Shown here piece after piece: positions 63,962 through 64,000 of a stretch of 64,000 nt of DNA. The stretch's first letter is position 1. Each line of letters opens with the position of its first letter. The notes under the pieces are model-generated. The model was not told the DNA's origin. It made no database searches and saw only the letters and a list, made by a program, of their open reading frames with translations. The translations under genes were made by a program, and so were the position numbers. The DNA is from a virus. Its lineage: Duplodnaviria > Caudoviricetes. The stretch spans positions 1 through 64,000 of the IMG/VR virus record IMGVR_UViG_3300012973_001074, one strand, 5' to 3'.

Positions 63962-64000
63962 GTCGGGCGGGGTTGCCGGAGCGCCGCCGTTTCCTGCCGT

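Larger units (their letters stand above)
1..64000. mobile_element. Myovirus-type phage/prophage genome segment (ends not visible)
   Basis: Ordered terminase-portal-MuF-protease-capsid-neck-sheath-tube-tape measure-baseplate-fibre-lysis set on the - strand; phage-type recombination genes and dense small ORFs on the + strand; no host housekeeping genes. Confidence 0.96.

Noticed and set aside
1-64000. tRNA/rRNA genes, integrase, att sites, IS elements
   Set aside because: None recognisable by eye; temperate lifestyle is only inferred from the regulators and morons.

Overview
The whole window is part of a GC-rich contractile-tailed (myovirus-type) phage or prophage genome. The host is probably a myxobacterium (Polyangiaceae/Labilithrix-like); this is inferred from the Cys-rich lipoproteins and the TSP3-like repeat in the cellulase. 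About 1-23.5 kb is a + strand early/middle arm: XRE regulator, recombinase-like protein, Cas4-like nuclease, SSB, many small ORFs, an orphan DUF433 and a lipoprotein GH5-CBM2 cellulase. About 23.5-64 kb is a - strand late arm. Read in transcription order it runs ParB-like, terminases, portal, MuF, prohead protease, capsid, neck, sheath/tube, frameshifting tail chaperone, tape measure, baseplate, fibres and lysis genes. The most striking signal is in the head module. The portal is fused to an ADP-ribosyltransferase, the next gene is a GNAT + zeta-kinase polyprotein, and the prohead protease gene carries two protease-like domains. A short [R/K/H]-x-D-(A) motif sits at the domain boundaries of all head proteins. 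A second motif, VPR(D/E)xxG(R/L)WTS, precedes each enzymatic module (a looser copy precedes the ADP-ribosyltransferase). Together these suggest a protease-processed, capsid-loaded effector polyprotein system. No integrase, tRNA, rRNA or CRISPR array was seen. All family assignments come from recognising motifs by eye; no database searches were run.
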